The notes: generated from the letters alone by a model not told the origin. Shown: positions 49,601 to 62,283, counted from the first letter of the whole stretch. The stretch is DNA of 63,886 bases, filler included, from Bigelowiella natans CCMP2755 (GCA_000320545.1; 4 parts of 4 records of this genome joined end to end with filler, not necessarily neighbours in it); one strand, 5' to 3'. Made by a program: numbers and translations.

Positions 49601-51277
49601 CTTAGAGATGCTTTTGGAATTACCCTTACGATATCAGATCTGTTTGAAAATCCGAGTGTGCGTGGGGTTGTAAGGAGGATAAAGATTATCAAGGGTGAGA
49701 AGGACGATGCTGTACACCCTTCAAATATAGGTGTAGATGAAAAGAAAGCTAGCCAAATTAGAAGCAATTCGACAGAGTTATCGTCTACCCAAAAGGCCAT
49801 GTTGGAAGACATTGAGAAGATATTGGGTGAGATTAAATTGCAAGAAAAATATCCAGATAGTATTAGTATCCATTCATTAGAGTTGAAGAATGTAAACATG
49901 CCCTTTACCGCAAAAATACAACCAAAACCAGTCGAAGAGTCTCAAACAGTAGTCTTTCTAACCGGGGCTACAGGTTTCTTAGGAACCTTTATCCTTGCAG
50001 AGCTATTGAAATTAACAAATGCCACGATATATTGCGTAGTGAGGTGTAAATCTAAATCCTCAGCCAGCACTAGTGGTGGTAGTGGTGCTCTTGCAAATGA
50101 TGCCTTTGAGAGATTTCCTGAGGCAGATGATAGAATCCAAGAATCTTTGGAAAAATATGGATTATTTTATTTAACTGCGAATAGAGATCGTGTTTTTGGT
50201 ATCCCTGGAGACCTAAAGGAGCCTAGGCTTGGATTGAATAAAAAAATATTTAAAACGCTGTCAAACCGTGTGGATTGGGTAATACACTGCGGGGCATGGG
50301 TAAACTCTGTATTACCTTACAGTCAACTTAGAACTGCCAACGTGTTCGGTACAAAGGAGGTACTAAGACTGGCTACCTCGGGCCGAAAATTGGCACTGGT
50401 GAGCTACATATCAACCCTTTCCGTATTTGATGCTGGAAGAGGGAAAAAGATCAAGGAGACTGATGAACTGCCTGCTGTGACAAGGACACATGGAGGTTAT
50501 CCCCAAACTAAATGGGTGTCGGAGCGGCTCATGTTGGCATGCAACGAGAAGGGAATTCCATGTGAAATCTACAGGCCAGGAAGAATAACTGGAAATTCGC
50601 GTACAGGCCATGCAGCGACAGAGGACTTTCAATGCCGTTTAATCAAAGGATGCATTCAACTTGGGGCCTATCCTGACCTTGATTGGATCATGGATATGAC
50701 GCCTGTAGACTATGTATCTCGTTCGATTGTTACTGCTGGAGTGAGAGGACTGATGCAGCTGGAGGCTGATGGTTCCTCTTCACAACAGACAAGTGGATGG
50801 TCAAAACCATGTTCTATTTATCATTTGTGCAACCCAAACCCAATTCAGCTCTCTCAGCTTTTCCAGTGGCTGTACAGGTTCGGATTCCCTGTGAAAGAAA
50901 CGACATATACCCAATGGCGTGAAATGATTATTCAGGCGGCAAAGAATAGTAGCGCTCCAAAAAAGAAAAGGTTGACAATTAAGGTGAACGAAGAGCAAAA
51001 GCGAACCACAAGCTCGTCTGACACCAACATTGTAAATCCACTTGTTGCGGTGCTTCCACTTCTCTTGCCGGAGAAACAGAAAATGGGCGATAGGAAGACA
51101 ATGCCACTTTTTGATACTTCGAACACGGAGGCAAGACTCACGAAAATCTCAGAAGAACTGATGTGCCCAGCCATCACTGATGATTTGTTGGATACATACT
51201 TCGGATATTTTGTTTCGTCGAGATTCCTCCCAGCTCCAAACTACGATCAATTTCAGTTTGAAATGGACAAATATTAG
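34126..51277 (+). CDS. Multimodular non-ribosomal peptide synthetase, 5'-partial: C1(half)-A1-T1-C2-A2-T2-C3-A3-T3-R (terminal thioester reductase)
   Basis: About 30 small exons (34126 to about 40843) encode the C-terminal half of C1 ([34 protein letters not shown]) and A1 ([55 protein letters not shown]). They splice (KLK|GTNE) into one exon at 41060-51277 with T1 GGHSL (Ser 41417), C2 HHISIDL (42266), A2, T2 GGHSL (45248), C3 HHIVVDG (46535), A3, T3 GGNSL (49571) and R (TGATGFLG at 49961; YPQTK at 50498). Confidence 0.95.
39122..39179. repeat. Perfect 29-bp tandem duplication in an NRPS intron
   Basis: gtcccatgtgtctaattcccatcactagt occurs twice. Confidence 0.95.
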
Positions 51278-52837
51278 TTCTGCATGTTGAAGAAATGGAT
51301 GTTATAAATAGCTAGCTACTTGCAGTTTAGTTTGCATGCTCTTGACATGGCAGTTTTGTGCGAGGCTAGAGTTGCAAGGAAATAAGTGAAACTTGCAAGT
51401 CATTGATCACGAAACATCAAGCTAGCAAGCCTTTCTAGCTTTCGATTTTCGTGGTGCGTCTAGACTGTAGTTGTGCGTACAGTCCAATAAAAGTGTGTGA
51501 TCAACTTCGATCGCAGGAGTGCCACATGCTAGCATGCGAGCGTGTACTCGTTGTTGAAACTCGCAACAGATGCAAATGATCGAGCACCACATTGATCGCG
51601 ATGTCACGTACGCATATCTAGATATGTGCATGTGAATTCTGGGCTGCCTTGACGCTAGCTAGCTAGCTCGATCTAGTCTGTAGTAGCGATACGTGCGACA
51701 TGCAACAGAGCTAGAGAGCCACAAAGGATATATTCGTGCATGCACGTACCAACATATGTAGTTATGCACACATGTTCTTTACACAATATGTTCTTTTCCA
51801 CACACATCTAGACATGTTTTTACCCACACATGTGCCAAATTTGTCGTGTACATATGTTCTGTAAATGCACACATCTGACATGTACTAGTCTAGCTAGTGT
51901 ATGCGAGAAGCACACGTGTTCTGAAGCACACATGAACCATTCGATGAACACTAGAACATGTGTACTAGACCGGGTACATGAATAGAGCCATGACTAGATA
52001 AACTAGTAAAGGACATATTGTGACTTCATTGTCAACCAAAACTATAAAAGACAATATCTCAATTGCAAGCGCATGCCACAGCATGCATGACTTGCACACC
52101 CACTGCTGACTGGCTAGCTAGCGCTCTAGCGCTGTGTGGCTTGAGTAAATCGTCGCATTGTGTTTATGTTGCGTGCTAGCGCTAGAGCGTATCATGCTGG
52201 CATGTCTAGATGTGTTCGTGTTGCGAGTTGAATGGTTTCAGTTTAGTTTTTAATTTTTAATATGAAAACACAAGCGAATGCCTCATTTGCACGCTACTCT
52301 GCGAGCACGCTTCATTGCTTATCTACTAGGCTACTGGTGTCGTGTGTGTGTAACTACATCTCCGCCGATTTATCTCTTGAGCTCTAGAGCTGCTCTGTGT
52401 ACGTAGATGAAGATCTAGCTAGAGACTAGAGAGATACTGTTACATGTAGATCATGCATGTCGTACAGCACGTTCAAAGTACAATCACAAATATCTCAAGA
52501 CGGTTAAAACAATGCTATATAATGCACTGCTACGCTTATATTCGGACAAAAATAAAATTTACAAAATATCTTTCGTTGAGCGCGGGCAATCAACCAAGAG
52601 CGCAAATTGTTGACCTGTAATGAGTGCAGTTGAATGATCATGACAGTTTGACATTTTATTTACTTCGGTTGGCTCTAAGGCTCATTTGCCGATGATGTAT
52701 CAGGCCGGATCGCGGCAAAGGGAGCTGGTTCCCCGCAGTGAGGTTGGAATTTCTTTAAGTGTGCTTTTCCTCTCAAAATTGATTTCCTCACTCTCTCTCT
52801 CTCTCTCTCTCTCTGTAAATAATAGATAAGGTGTCAC

Positions 52838-52929
<92 letters not shown>

Positions 52930-54688
52930 ACACTGTGTACAACGTGTCTGTAGTGGAAACAATTCCAAACTGTGTTGTCACCAGCAAGAACATTCCATGT
53001 GATTTTTTGACCTTGGAATGCGACCCCAACGGACTTTTGAAATGTAGCCTCACCATGTTCACCCTAAGTTTAATGTATAAAGCTCAGAAAAAAAAAATCG
53101 TCACACCTTCTTACACTCACGTGTAGCAGGTGAAAGAGGATTAGCGGGTCCTTCTTTATGACTATCAAGGAATCCTTTTGTCTAGATCCGGTGCACCCCA
53201 TTGTGCAGCCCATCGATGCTCTTGTCCGATCCGAGGCCCTCGGGAAGTACTTTTGCGATTAGTGTGAGCATGCAGTAAGTATTTTAGATCGAAGGGTTTT
53301 GAGGCACAAAGCAGCGGTGTCCTTGAACTAGATTTATTTACTGTGCAACTTTGTGTTGTCGCAGCCTCTGAATGTCCATGCTTTTGGGATGCACTTTCAT
53401 TCATTTTGAATAGCTGTCTCTGGGGGGTCTCGAATGCATCTCCTAACAGTCCCCACCTGCCTTCAACCTAACGGCATGAGGAGGACGTGGATGAGTCACA
53501 CGCGTCCGATGAACCGATGAACCTTACAAATAAGCAATGAAAATGCTTCATTTGTTTGTTCATTGATCCCAATCGTCGCAGTTTTGTCGAATGCACTTCA
53601 TTCATTCGTTCATTTGTGCGCACGAATGACTCAAGTGAAGTCTCGCGTTTGTCGGTCGCACTGCTGGTGTGGGTTGAATTCCGAGCTGCGCTGGTGCGCA
53701 TGGAGGGGAGCGTTGTGCGCGAGGTGCCCTGGCCAGTTGCCTCGATTGAGCTCATTACCTGTCTCTGCCAGGGTCGATCATCCATTCAACAGTCTGGAAC
53801 AGCGCCAGAGCTAGAGAGTGCTGTCCCACAGAGCACCAGGCGAGTGGTCCTGCCACGTTCTAGCTAGACAGCGTTGTGGACAAGAAGCATGCGTATTGTG
53901 TCAAGTGTTTCATCGACGAAAGCCTCGACACAACGTCTAGCCGTCCCGAACGTGCGTCTAGATTGCAGAGGTGCAGTTTGTGTGCAATTGGCGAGGCAAG
54001 TGCACGTGACTGGCGTGCAAGCCCAGAAGCACTGTTTTTGCGATGCCAGGTGAGGCGTGACCTGCAAGTGGTCCTTAGCTAGCTAGCTAGTTAGATCCAG
54101 ACAAAGCAGCGTGCTACATGTGTGTGGTCCAACCAAGCAACGGGCTTTGACAGTGTGCAAATCCATGCCGGCGTGCGCACTGACTGGGATGTCTCAGTGA
54201 GTGCTAGCGCACTTCGCGCCGTTGCTACGCTGATGTGCTTGCCGACTGCACGTCTATACGTGTTTGATCCTGATTTGCACCATGACGGGCAGTCGCTGCA
54301 CACAGCGGGATCATCTAGTCATCTGAATTGTTCCATCGTGTCTCACATGACTCCACGAACGCGTCAAAGACGCAGGCGCACGCCCTGACGGTGTGGCGGC
54401 GTTCTGTCATGCATGCTGCTTTGCTGCCATGAAACTACAACAAGATCTAGAAAATCCCCCAACTGTTCCAAGCAAGCCTGGGCAGACTTCTCAATGATGA
54501 AATTCCAAACTTTTGTACAGCATGCCGCGCATCCATGCGACTTAGTCTCAAGATCAATGAGATGGGCCACGTAAGCAGGCGAAACAAGTTCAAAGCACTT
54601 CCGAAGGAATATTTCTAATGAACATTTGTGACATGTTGCCATCATCATAGCAGTAAGGAAACACGGACGCGCTGCACGTCACGCAGAG

Positions 54689-56290
54689 CTATATCAATTT
54701 CGGTCTCAAACTCATCTCATCCTGACTTTGACGGAGAAATCTCGCGATTGGTATGCTTCTGCTCCTGCGATCATCTGAATCTGATACAGACAACAAGTTT
54801 ACATAAAGCAAAATTGATTTTTTTATCTCAATACCATCATTGAACGATGTTTGAGCTGCCTTCTCTATCCTCTTAATAAAATTTACAGAATCGCTTAGCA
54901 TTATCTTGTTCATCAACCAGACTGGTAACTGATAGACAAAACTTTGATCAAAACGACGAAGTACGGTGTTGAGAGCATTCGAGATTATATTGATTTCGTC
55001 TACCGATCCTCCAACATCAACATGCTGGACAAAGGTAAATTCACACTCTCCACTTTGCTTGAGGGGTGTGACGCGATTTGCCCCAAGGATCATGTTGGCA
55101 CGGACGCACCCTAAAACAGGCAAGTAGTACTCCTCAGTCATCGCTCCTTTGCATCATAACAGACTTAATTTTGTTGTTACCCACCTTTCAAACCGCTAGG
55201 ACATTTTGGATGATCTGTAGATTTATTTAAAATCAAAATATCCCCTTTCGCTGTCCTTAAAAGCTGGACGAATGTGACAAAATCGCGAGGACTAAAGAAG
55301 GGAACCCCGTACGTTTTTGACCTACATGAAAGCATGTGTTAGATGGACTTTTTTGAGGACGAGAGGAATACATTTTGCACCAGGATATCTTCGTGTAGCC
55401 ATTGATCTTTTCGATATCCTCACCGTCAGAATACATAGGATTAAACTCCCGGATTTTATCAACTGAGGAGCTTTGAAATAACTTGAGGACATTTTCGGCA
55501 TCTGCTTTTATTCTCGCGTGACCTCGGATCTGCTTCAATTTACTGCCCTTAACAATGCGAGAATAGATAGTTACACCATCTTCTTCTGTTTCTTTCTTCC
55601 ACCCTCTATCATCACTATATATCGCTTCTAAAGCCTTGGGAATCAGGTCATCCGGAGGAGAAGTAGATTCATGGAGGTGGCTCGATGTCTCTTTTTGTTC
55701 TCTGATAGGGAGTTTAGCTATTTTCAAAAAATCTCTGATTTTAAGAGAAATTCTTTTGGCTGTGTCTGAAACTTTGTCTGCCGCATTTGGCAGAACCTAG
55801 GTAAAAGAAATATGAAAACGTTGTGGTATGCATTTCCCTCTGTGATCTTGCAAACTCTCGCTAATTCATACAAATCATGCTTCTACATGCCTAATACTGC
55901 TACCATCACCACTAATACTGTTCAAAAGCACATCCATAATGCAAATATTTGCATTTTTTTTACGTGAAATGATGTTGAAGGTGTCGTAGAGGCAAGTCCA
56001 TGCTCCTTATGGATGATGCTGCAATCTTCCTCAGGCTTCATAGATTGCCTTGAAAAGGCTGCACCACATAAGCAGACTGTAACTAAGGCCTGTTGTAAAG
56101 ACTCCGTTATATTTGAATTCGGGTTGAATAACATGATCGGTTCATTTTCTTCTGTACCGTTAGTGAAAGAGCTGCAATACGTCTCCGTGTAACTCGATTT
56201 GCATCTTCTTTTTTCGAACCAGTTTCAGAACTGGCATAGCCCGCGCATTTAATGCCACAGAATAATCCATGCGGGCCTCCCATCTATTCA
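54689..56290 (-). CDS. START-domain lipid-binding protein (5' exons uncertain)
   Basis: Exons: GWKKETEEDGVTIYSRIVKGSKLKQIRGHARIKADAENVLKLF..ISW|SKTYGVPFFSPRDFVTF..|GCVRANMILGANRVTP..EFTFVQHVDVGGS|LPVWLMNKI. The W..G, PRDFV, VRA, D.GG and P.W motifs of START domains are present. Confidence 0.8.
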
Positions 56291-56538
56291 CCACCGTTAG
56301 CAGTCAGGGTGAGGAGAGGTGAGTTCTTTTCTTTTCCGAGGGGATGCGTAGCTAGTAGTCAAAGTCGACTGCCCAGCTAGTTCGAGTTTTGTCCCAAACT
56401 ATTTTGGATAAATTATCGATTAATTTTGCAAAACGTCAAAATCATAAAACAACAATCACAACAGAGGTTAATCGGGAATGGTTCATCTCAGAAGGGTTGG
56501 CAAAACGGCAATTGGTTTTCTTTACAGTTCTTTCTTTG

Positions 56539-56593
56539 GATGTTCTTTAGATGTTCTTTAGATGTTCTTTAGATGTTCTTTTGATATTCTTTT
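56539..56593. repeat. 11-bp minisatellite (gatgttcttta) x5, degenerating to the right
   Basis: Three perfect copies, then gatgttctttt and gatattctttt. Confidence 0.92.
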
Positions 56594-56705
56594 GATATTT
56601 TTCGCTTTTCATGTCGTCTTTCTTCCGATATTTATTTTTTCTTCAAAACCCGACTCTTTCCCTACCATACCCCCTCTTCCGACTGTCCCACACGAACGAA
56701 CTCAA

Positions 56706-57823
56706 ATGGACGGCACTTCGAAATCACAACTGAAGCAGAAGATAAGCAAGAACAAAGGCATCACCGTTTCCGATACTACAACTAGTAGCAAAACCTCGAT
56801 AGCAAAGCAGGTGGACGCTAAGGATGATGTTGCTCTTCCGGATACTGCAGGTTTCAATGATTGCTCTAATTGTTGGAAGAATATCAATCTGAAGTTTCTC
56901 TAATCAAAGGTGGCCTAGCCTTTAGTCATGCTCCAGAGCATGGTATATCTCTCTTTCTAGCACGACGAACAAAAACAATTCACTTCATTCGGCATGCAGA
57001 GGGAACTCACAACGCAGTGAATAGGTCATACTTGTAATTTTATAGTAGACGTTATGAAAATATTAATTTTTTTGCACATAATAGAGCGTATGGTGATGAC
57101 ACTCCTTGTGTTTCCTCAACACCGGGAAGTTGGAAACAAATCGATGCTCGTCTCACACACGCAGGTATCAAGCAATGCCTCGAGGCAAGAAGTGGAGTTT
57201 TACTTTCTGGGGTGAAACCTGAACTTGTCGTCGTGTCTCCACTCACACGAACCCTTCAAACGGCACATATTATGTTCCATTCCAAAGGGATACCATTTAT
57301 TGTTCATGATATCTGCCGCGAGCGCTGGGGGAAGTATACTTGTGACAAACGTCGTACCGCAAAGGAAATAAAGGATGATATGACTGGAATATTTGCAAAA
57401 ACACATGAATCTATTGACTTTGACTCCTTCGGTTTCGAAGAGGAAGAGGACAAAAAATGGACTGAGAAACGAGAGTCGGATGAAAGTTGTTGTGCACGCG
57501 GAGTCGATCTTCTCAAGTGGCTCGCAACTCGCCCAGAAAATGACATTGCAGTTGTAACACACAGTTCGTTCCTGCGACATCTATTCCGTGCCTTTGGGTT
57601 TTCCTTGGATAAAAAAGATATGAAGAAGTTACACCGTAAGCATGGAAATGCAGAAATAAGATCTGTAACCCTGGCTTTGCATCGTGGGTTTTATCCTGAA
57701 GGTACATGGACTGAAGATGATGTTTTCATTCCGGCTCATCCATCGTTTCGGAAAGGAAAGTGGGCATATGCAGCCGCTTCCATTCAAAAAATGCATGCCA
57801 AAATTCGTCCTCCAAAGCCTTGA
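56706..57823 (+). CDS. Histidine phosphatase superfamily (phosphoglycerate-mutase-like) protein
   Basis: Spliced RRTKTIHFIRHAEGTHNAVN|..DARLTHAGIKQC..ELVVVSPLTRTLQTA..CRERWGKYTCDKRR..RESDESCCARG..IAVVTHSSFL. The RHxE/G, SPLxRxxQTA and second catalytic His motifs are present. Confidence 0.92.
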
Positions 57824-57914
57824 ACTCGTCGGTATTGAAGATCATGCTCAGAGTTACTGTCAAGGTGGAAGCCTAACTAGCGATCAGCTGTCGACTCTTC
57901 TGGTTCTCTTTCTT

Positions 57915-57982
<68 letters not shown>

Positions 57983-59348
57983 TCACGTATTTGCCTGCAT
58001 GCATCCATGGGGTGTGCCACATTTAGATATATGTGAAATTCATCATCGTCCAACCCACAGTGTGGATCTGTCCGTTGGCATGACGCGACATAGACACGAA
58101 CCTGAATGCTAGAATGGATTGTGTCGTCGTCGTGTGCATGTGTTCATTTTGCATTGCAATGTAGCAAAAAGGCGATGTGATGCACACGGTCGACACTAGG
58201 ACATCTAGACGTCCTAGACATGATTCATTGTCGCTCCACGCACTTGGCTTGATCACGCAAGAATTGTTTCATCATGCTAGCATGGCAAAAAAACTCTAGC
58301 ACTGCATGGCACCACTCATTGCTAGATTGCAATGGAATGGCGGTGACGCACATCACTAGATCACAAAAAAGTTCAACAAAGCGTTGCGATGTCTGTCATG
58401 ATGCTTGCAGCACAATGGTCGCGCACACGCACGAACAATGCTGCCAGCTAGCTAGCTAGCCAGCTCCAGAGCTCCAGAGCTGTCTAGCTGTGTCTAGTGT
58501 GTGGTCAGACCACTGCCAGCTAGGCTGGCAGGTTTGTTTTTTGGGAAGCGCTAGAACACGGACGTGGGTTGGCGATCACTGAACCAGGAGGAACGGAGGG
58601 TTTGGAACCAATTGCAGAAACAAAGGATCACTGGGCGAAGCGATGTGGCATGATGACGTGAACGAACAACTCCAGAACTTGATGACTGGAGCAATTCCAA
58701 TGGTCCAAGAAAGAAAGTTGCACGGAAGTGTTTCCAGGGTTTGCTTGTGCTCAACGCCAAAGGAGAAAAAAAGGAAAGAAAGAAGTGAAGAAACTTGATG
58801 AGCGACCACGTTTCCAAGTCTGCGTGCAAGTGTTGCGTGATGCTTGCTGCCAGCTTGCAAAGCCAAAACTGCCAGCTGGAGAAGCCAGAAAGCACGAAAC
58901 ACAGTGCCTCGAGCTGAAGAAGAAGAGTTCATTGTTTGTCAACTGAACAAACAAACAAACGTGATGAAGAACTGCACTTCCAAAACGTGGCAGGACATTG
59001 AACAATGAACAAAGCACTTTGATGACAATCCACATGCGTGTCCAGAACCAAAAGCAGGATCCAATCTGCCGCCTGCCGAACATCACAAAACAATTTAGCC
59101 TTCCACTCCAAGCCTGAGACAACTCAAGTTCAGAATTGCTAGCTAGATTTCTAGAATTACTCTTGCATGCGACTTCTTTGTCGCAAGATCGCCATTGCCT
59201 CTGATCCATGGAAGAATGTCCAAAACAAGTGTAATTTAGCATCAAATTAGGACTCTTTTTCGAGCCGTTGATGAGTGAGCAAATCTGAGATGTTTCGCAC
59301 ACAGCAAGATATGTCGATTTGCATGATGCGTCAATGAAAAATGGTTTT

Positions 59349-61622
59349 ATGAGAGTCGAAATCAAGGGCATTTCTTTTATGGTACTCGGTGATTGCACAC
59401 AACTGCGATAGATAGCAACGAACGAATCTACGTTTCAGACGCCACTCCACTTGATACTTCTTACGACTTTCATAGCAATAATTATGTGTGGAGGGAAATC
59501 AAGGGCAAGCTGGTGCTTTACCATCACCCTGGTCACCTTAACATTCCTCGTTGCGATCCTGGGACTCTTCATGTTCGATGAAGTAGGTTTCATTTCTATG
59601 ATTTTGTGTCGTCAAAACGAGCAAGCAGTGGCTAAGATGTACATTTACCATTACCACAGGGTCGCATGATGGCTTCAAGATACTACACTTCTACTGGTGA
59701 ACAGCTTCTAAGAATTCCCGAGGAGCAGTGGACACCAATGCACAAGCTGATCAGCGCCAGCCGCACATTTGTAATGCTATTCGTCTTCATCTCCACTGGA
59801 GCTGACAGGTAGTAGTAGTTCGACCCCACGTTAAGCCTCGTCGTATTCATAACTTCCATCCCTTACTTGCTCTAGATATTCCTAGTATCAAACCTATATA
59901 TAGTGACACTGCGGAAATCAAAAACGAAAGAACACAAAAAATGACTCTAACTGTAACAGGAGGGCTATGTTCGAAGGATTTCGTGACTCGTATGGACCCG
60001 TGTATCCTTTCCAAAAAGGATACGCCATTACGTCACATAAGGATGTCGCAGCTGCTCTACAGGATCCAAGCTCACGTGGACCATACATCGGTGCACGCCA
60101 GGTGTATATTATTATCGTCTCCTTTTGTCACCTCACTGCTAGATGGATTCACATGCTTAATGTTTTTCAATTTCTGTTTCGATCTATCTTCCGCTCGGTA
60201 TCGTCGACTGTGGACACAGAAAGCTTCATGATTTCTCCTGTCATTTTTCCATTTCAATGCTAATGATTATCAGTTTTCTTCCAAGTGTTTCACCGAGGAT
60301 GTGCTCATCTTTCAATCCAATGGTAAAGAACATGCGGAGACACGGTATGAAAGAGTAGAGAAGAAGAAGATACTAAACAAATCGGGATATTTCTTGGATA
60401 GTAATTGTTATTTTAAAGGCAACAACTCAAAATAGCAATCATTGATATTCAATAAGTGTTGATCCATAATTGGTTCCCTCTCTCTCTGCATTCTTCCACC
60501 CTTTCTTTCATCACCAGAGAGGTCCTCATGAAAGCATTCCATGGAATGAATAAAGTGAGGAAAGATGAAGAAGTCGTTTTACTGGCAGCAGCTTCTCCAA
60601 GGAGAGCACGCAGGGAGGAGGCAAAATCCCCCTGAGAAGGTATCATGGCTCTTGGCATGATGACTCAGGTTGATGTCATCCGTTGATCTCTGCTGTGTTG
60701 TTCTTTGACAGATCCAGTTGCTCGTAACTGCTAATATACTCACTCGAGTGTTTGGAGAAACCGCACCTGTAGATGTTATCGAGCATGCCGCCCAGTGAGG
60801 ATAGTAGCAGTAGTAGTAGCAATAGTGGTTGTGAGTAATAGATTGGGTGACAATTCATCGAAATGCTCCCTTTGCTAGTTGCTGAATTACGTGTTGATGA
60901 AGTGTTTATATGGCTGTATAATGACACGGCTTCTCACTCTATTCTTTTCTATTATTTTATTTGAAAAGGTCGTTGCATTCCTTATAGCTTACACATCCCC
61001 TGATAAATAATATCCATGCTGGTACAATTAGATATTTCACCAGTGGGGGTCTCTGTGCAGCTGGCACAGTGGCCGAATATCTCGAGCCATTGCCTAAGAT
61101 TGGTGGTAGCCTAGAAAAGGTCCAAAATATCAGAGAGCACGTGTTTTCCTTCGCAAGGTAGTAGTAGTAGTTGTAGTAGTAGCAAGTATATTTACTGCGA
61201 CGCTAAGAAGCTAGTCGTTGTTTTTAATACAACAATATGAAAGTAACAATGTCGGCGACGAAGATGACTATGGCGATTGCGGAGATCGTCAATCATACAT
61301 ACGGGTCTTCGGTAAAAACGAAAACGATGTTTTGGTTAGAAATTCTATCGGAGGAAAAGCGATGATTGAAGAAGGTTCCAAGATAGGCTGGTCACCAGAG
61401 CAGGTCGTCGCACAGAAGGAAGAAGCAATAACCACTATCCACAACATCATTCGTTTATGTGTTACTTTGCCAGTTTTACCCTTTATAGTTCCAAGCAATG
61501 TTTTGTTCTTGTTCAAACGTCTCTCTCATGCTTTTGGTTGCTCCTTCTTATTCTCCCCCGCTTCTTGCTTGTTCAGAGTGAGAAAGCTCTACAATCTGTG
61601 GTGGATGGAGTCTTATTTGCAG
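59349..61622 (+). CDS. Probable cytochrome P450, N-terminal half only (heme-binding region not seen; likely lost in the gap)
   Basis: Hydrophobic N-terminus, then RAMFEGFRDSYGPVYPFQKGYAITSHKDVAAALQDP (YGPV/B-helix-like), LIFQSNGKEHAETR (C-helix-like) and a last visible exon KALQSVVDGVLFAG (I-helix-like). No ExxR or FxxGxxxC is visible, so the call is tentative. Confidence 0.55.
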
Positions 61623-61799
61623 GTGTTTGTTGTTGTTGTTGTTACAGCATGATAGCAGTAGTAGTAGTAGTGATCTTTGGGGGGATGGATGACGGCGGGT
61701 TTCAAAAATGGTTGAAACAGCATATTATATATTTCTCACCATTATACTGCTAATACCTGCGTGGATCCTACTACTACTGCTATTGCTGCTGCTAACGAT

Positions 61800-61805
<6 letters not shown>

Positions 61806-61883
<78 letters not shown>

Positions 61884-61915
61884 CGCGCGCGCGCGCACAC
61901 ACACACACACACACA
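61806..61915. repeat. Compound alternating microsatellite (TA)n-(CG)n-(CA)n
   Basis: Directly visible, just before the gap. Confidence 0.93.
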
Positions 61916-61953
61916 GAGAGAGATATAGATATATATATATATATATATTGATA

Positions 61954-62053
61954 NNNNNNNNNNNNNNNNNNNNNNNNNNNNNNNNNNNNNNNNNNNNTTA
62001 ATTAATTAANNNNNNNNNNNNNNNNNNNNNNNNNNNNNNNNNNNNNNNNNNNN
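61954..62053. other. Assembly gap with artificial six-frame stop linker
   Basis: 44 N + ttaattaattaa + 44 N. Confidence 0.97.
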
Positions 62054-62283
62054 GACATATTAGCATAAAAGATAATGGCGGGGAAGAGTGTGAGAATCCC
62101 TTTTTGTTGGCACTTTTGACAGCATGGCATTGGGGATATCTAGTGGAAAGTGCTGCTCAAGGTGAAAAACAGAAAAGTACTCTTCGGCCCCCACCCCTTC
62201 GATACCACTTATTTCCCTTTGTTGTATTTGCTGTTGGTGGTGGTGGTAGTGACGCTGCTGCTGCTGCTGCTACTGGTGGTTAC

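Noticed and set aside
52700-53460. Possible small spliced gene on the minus strand
   Set aside because: ORF pieces and some splice signals exist, but no recognisable domain or consistent model.
53468-54648. Cluster of overlapping 65-105-aa ORFs suggesting a decayed element
   Set aside because: No transposase, RT or other motif, and no terminal repeats seen; treated as part of the palindrome-rich 3' blocks.
58560-59398. 215-aa minus-strand ORF and protein-like plus-strand fragments, a possible pseudogene or TE relic
   Set aside because: The plus frame I translated by hand has about 13 stops in about 255 codons, close to random expectation, and no domain is recognisable.
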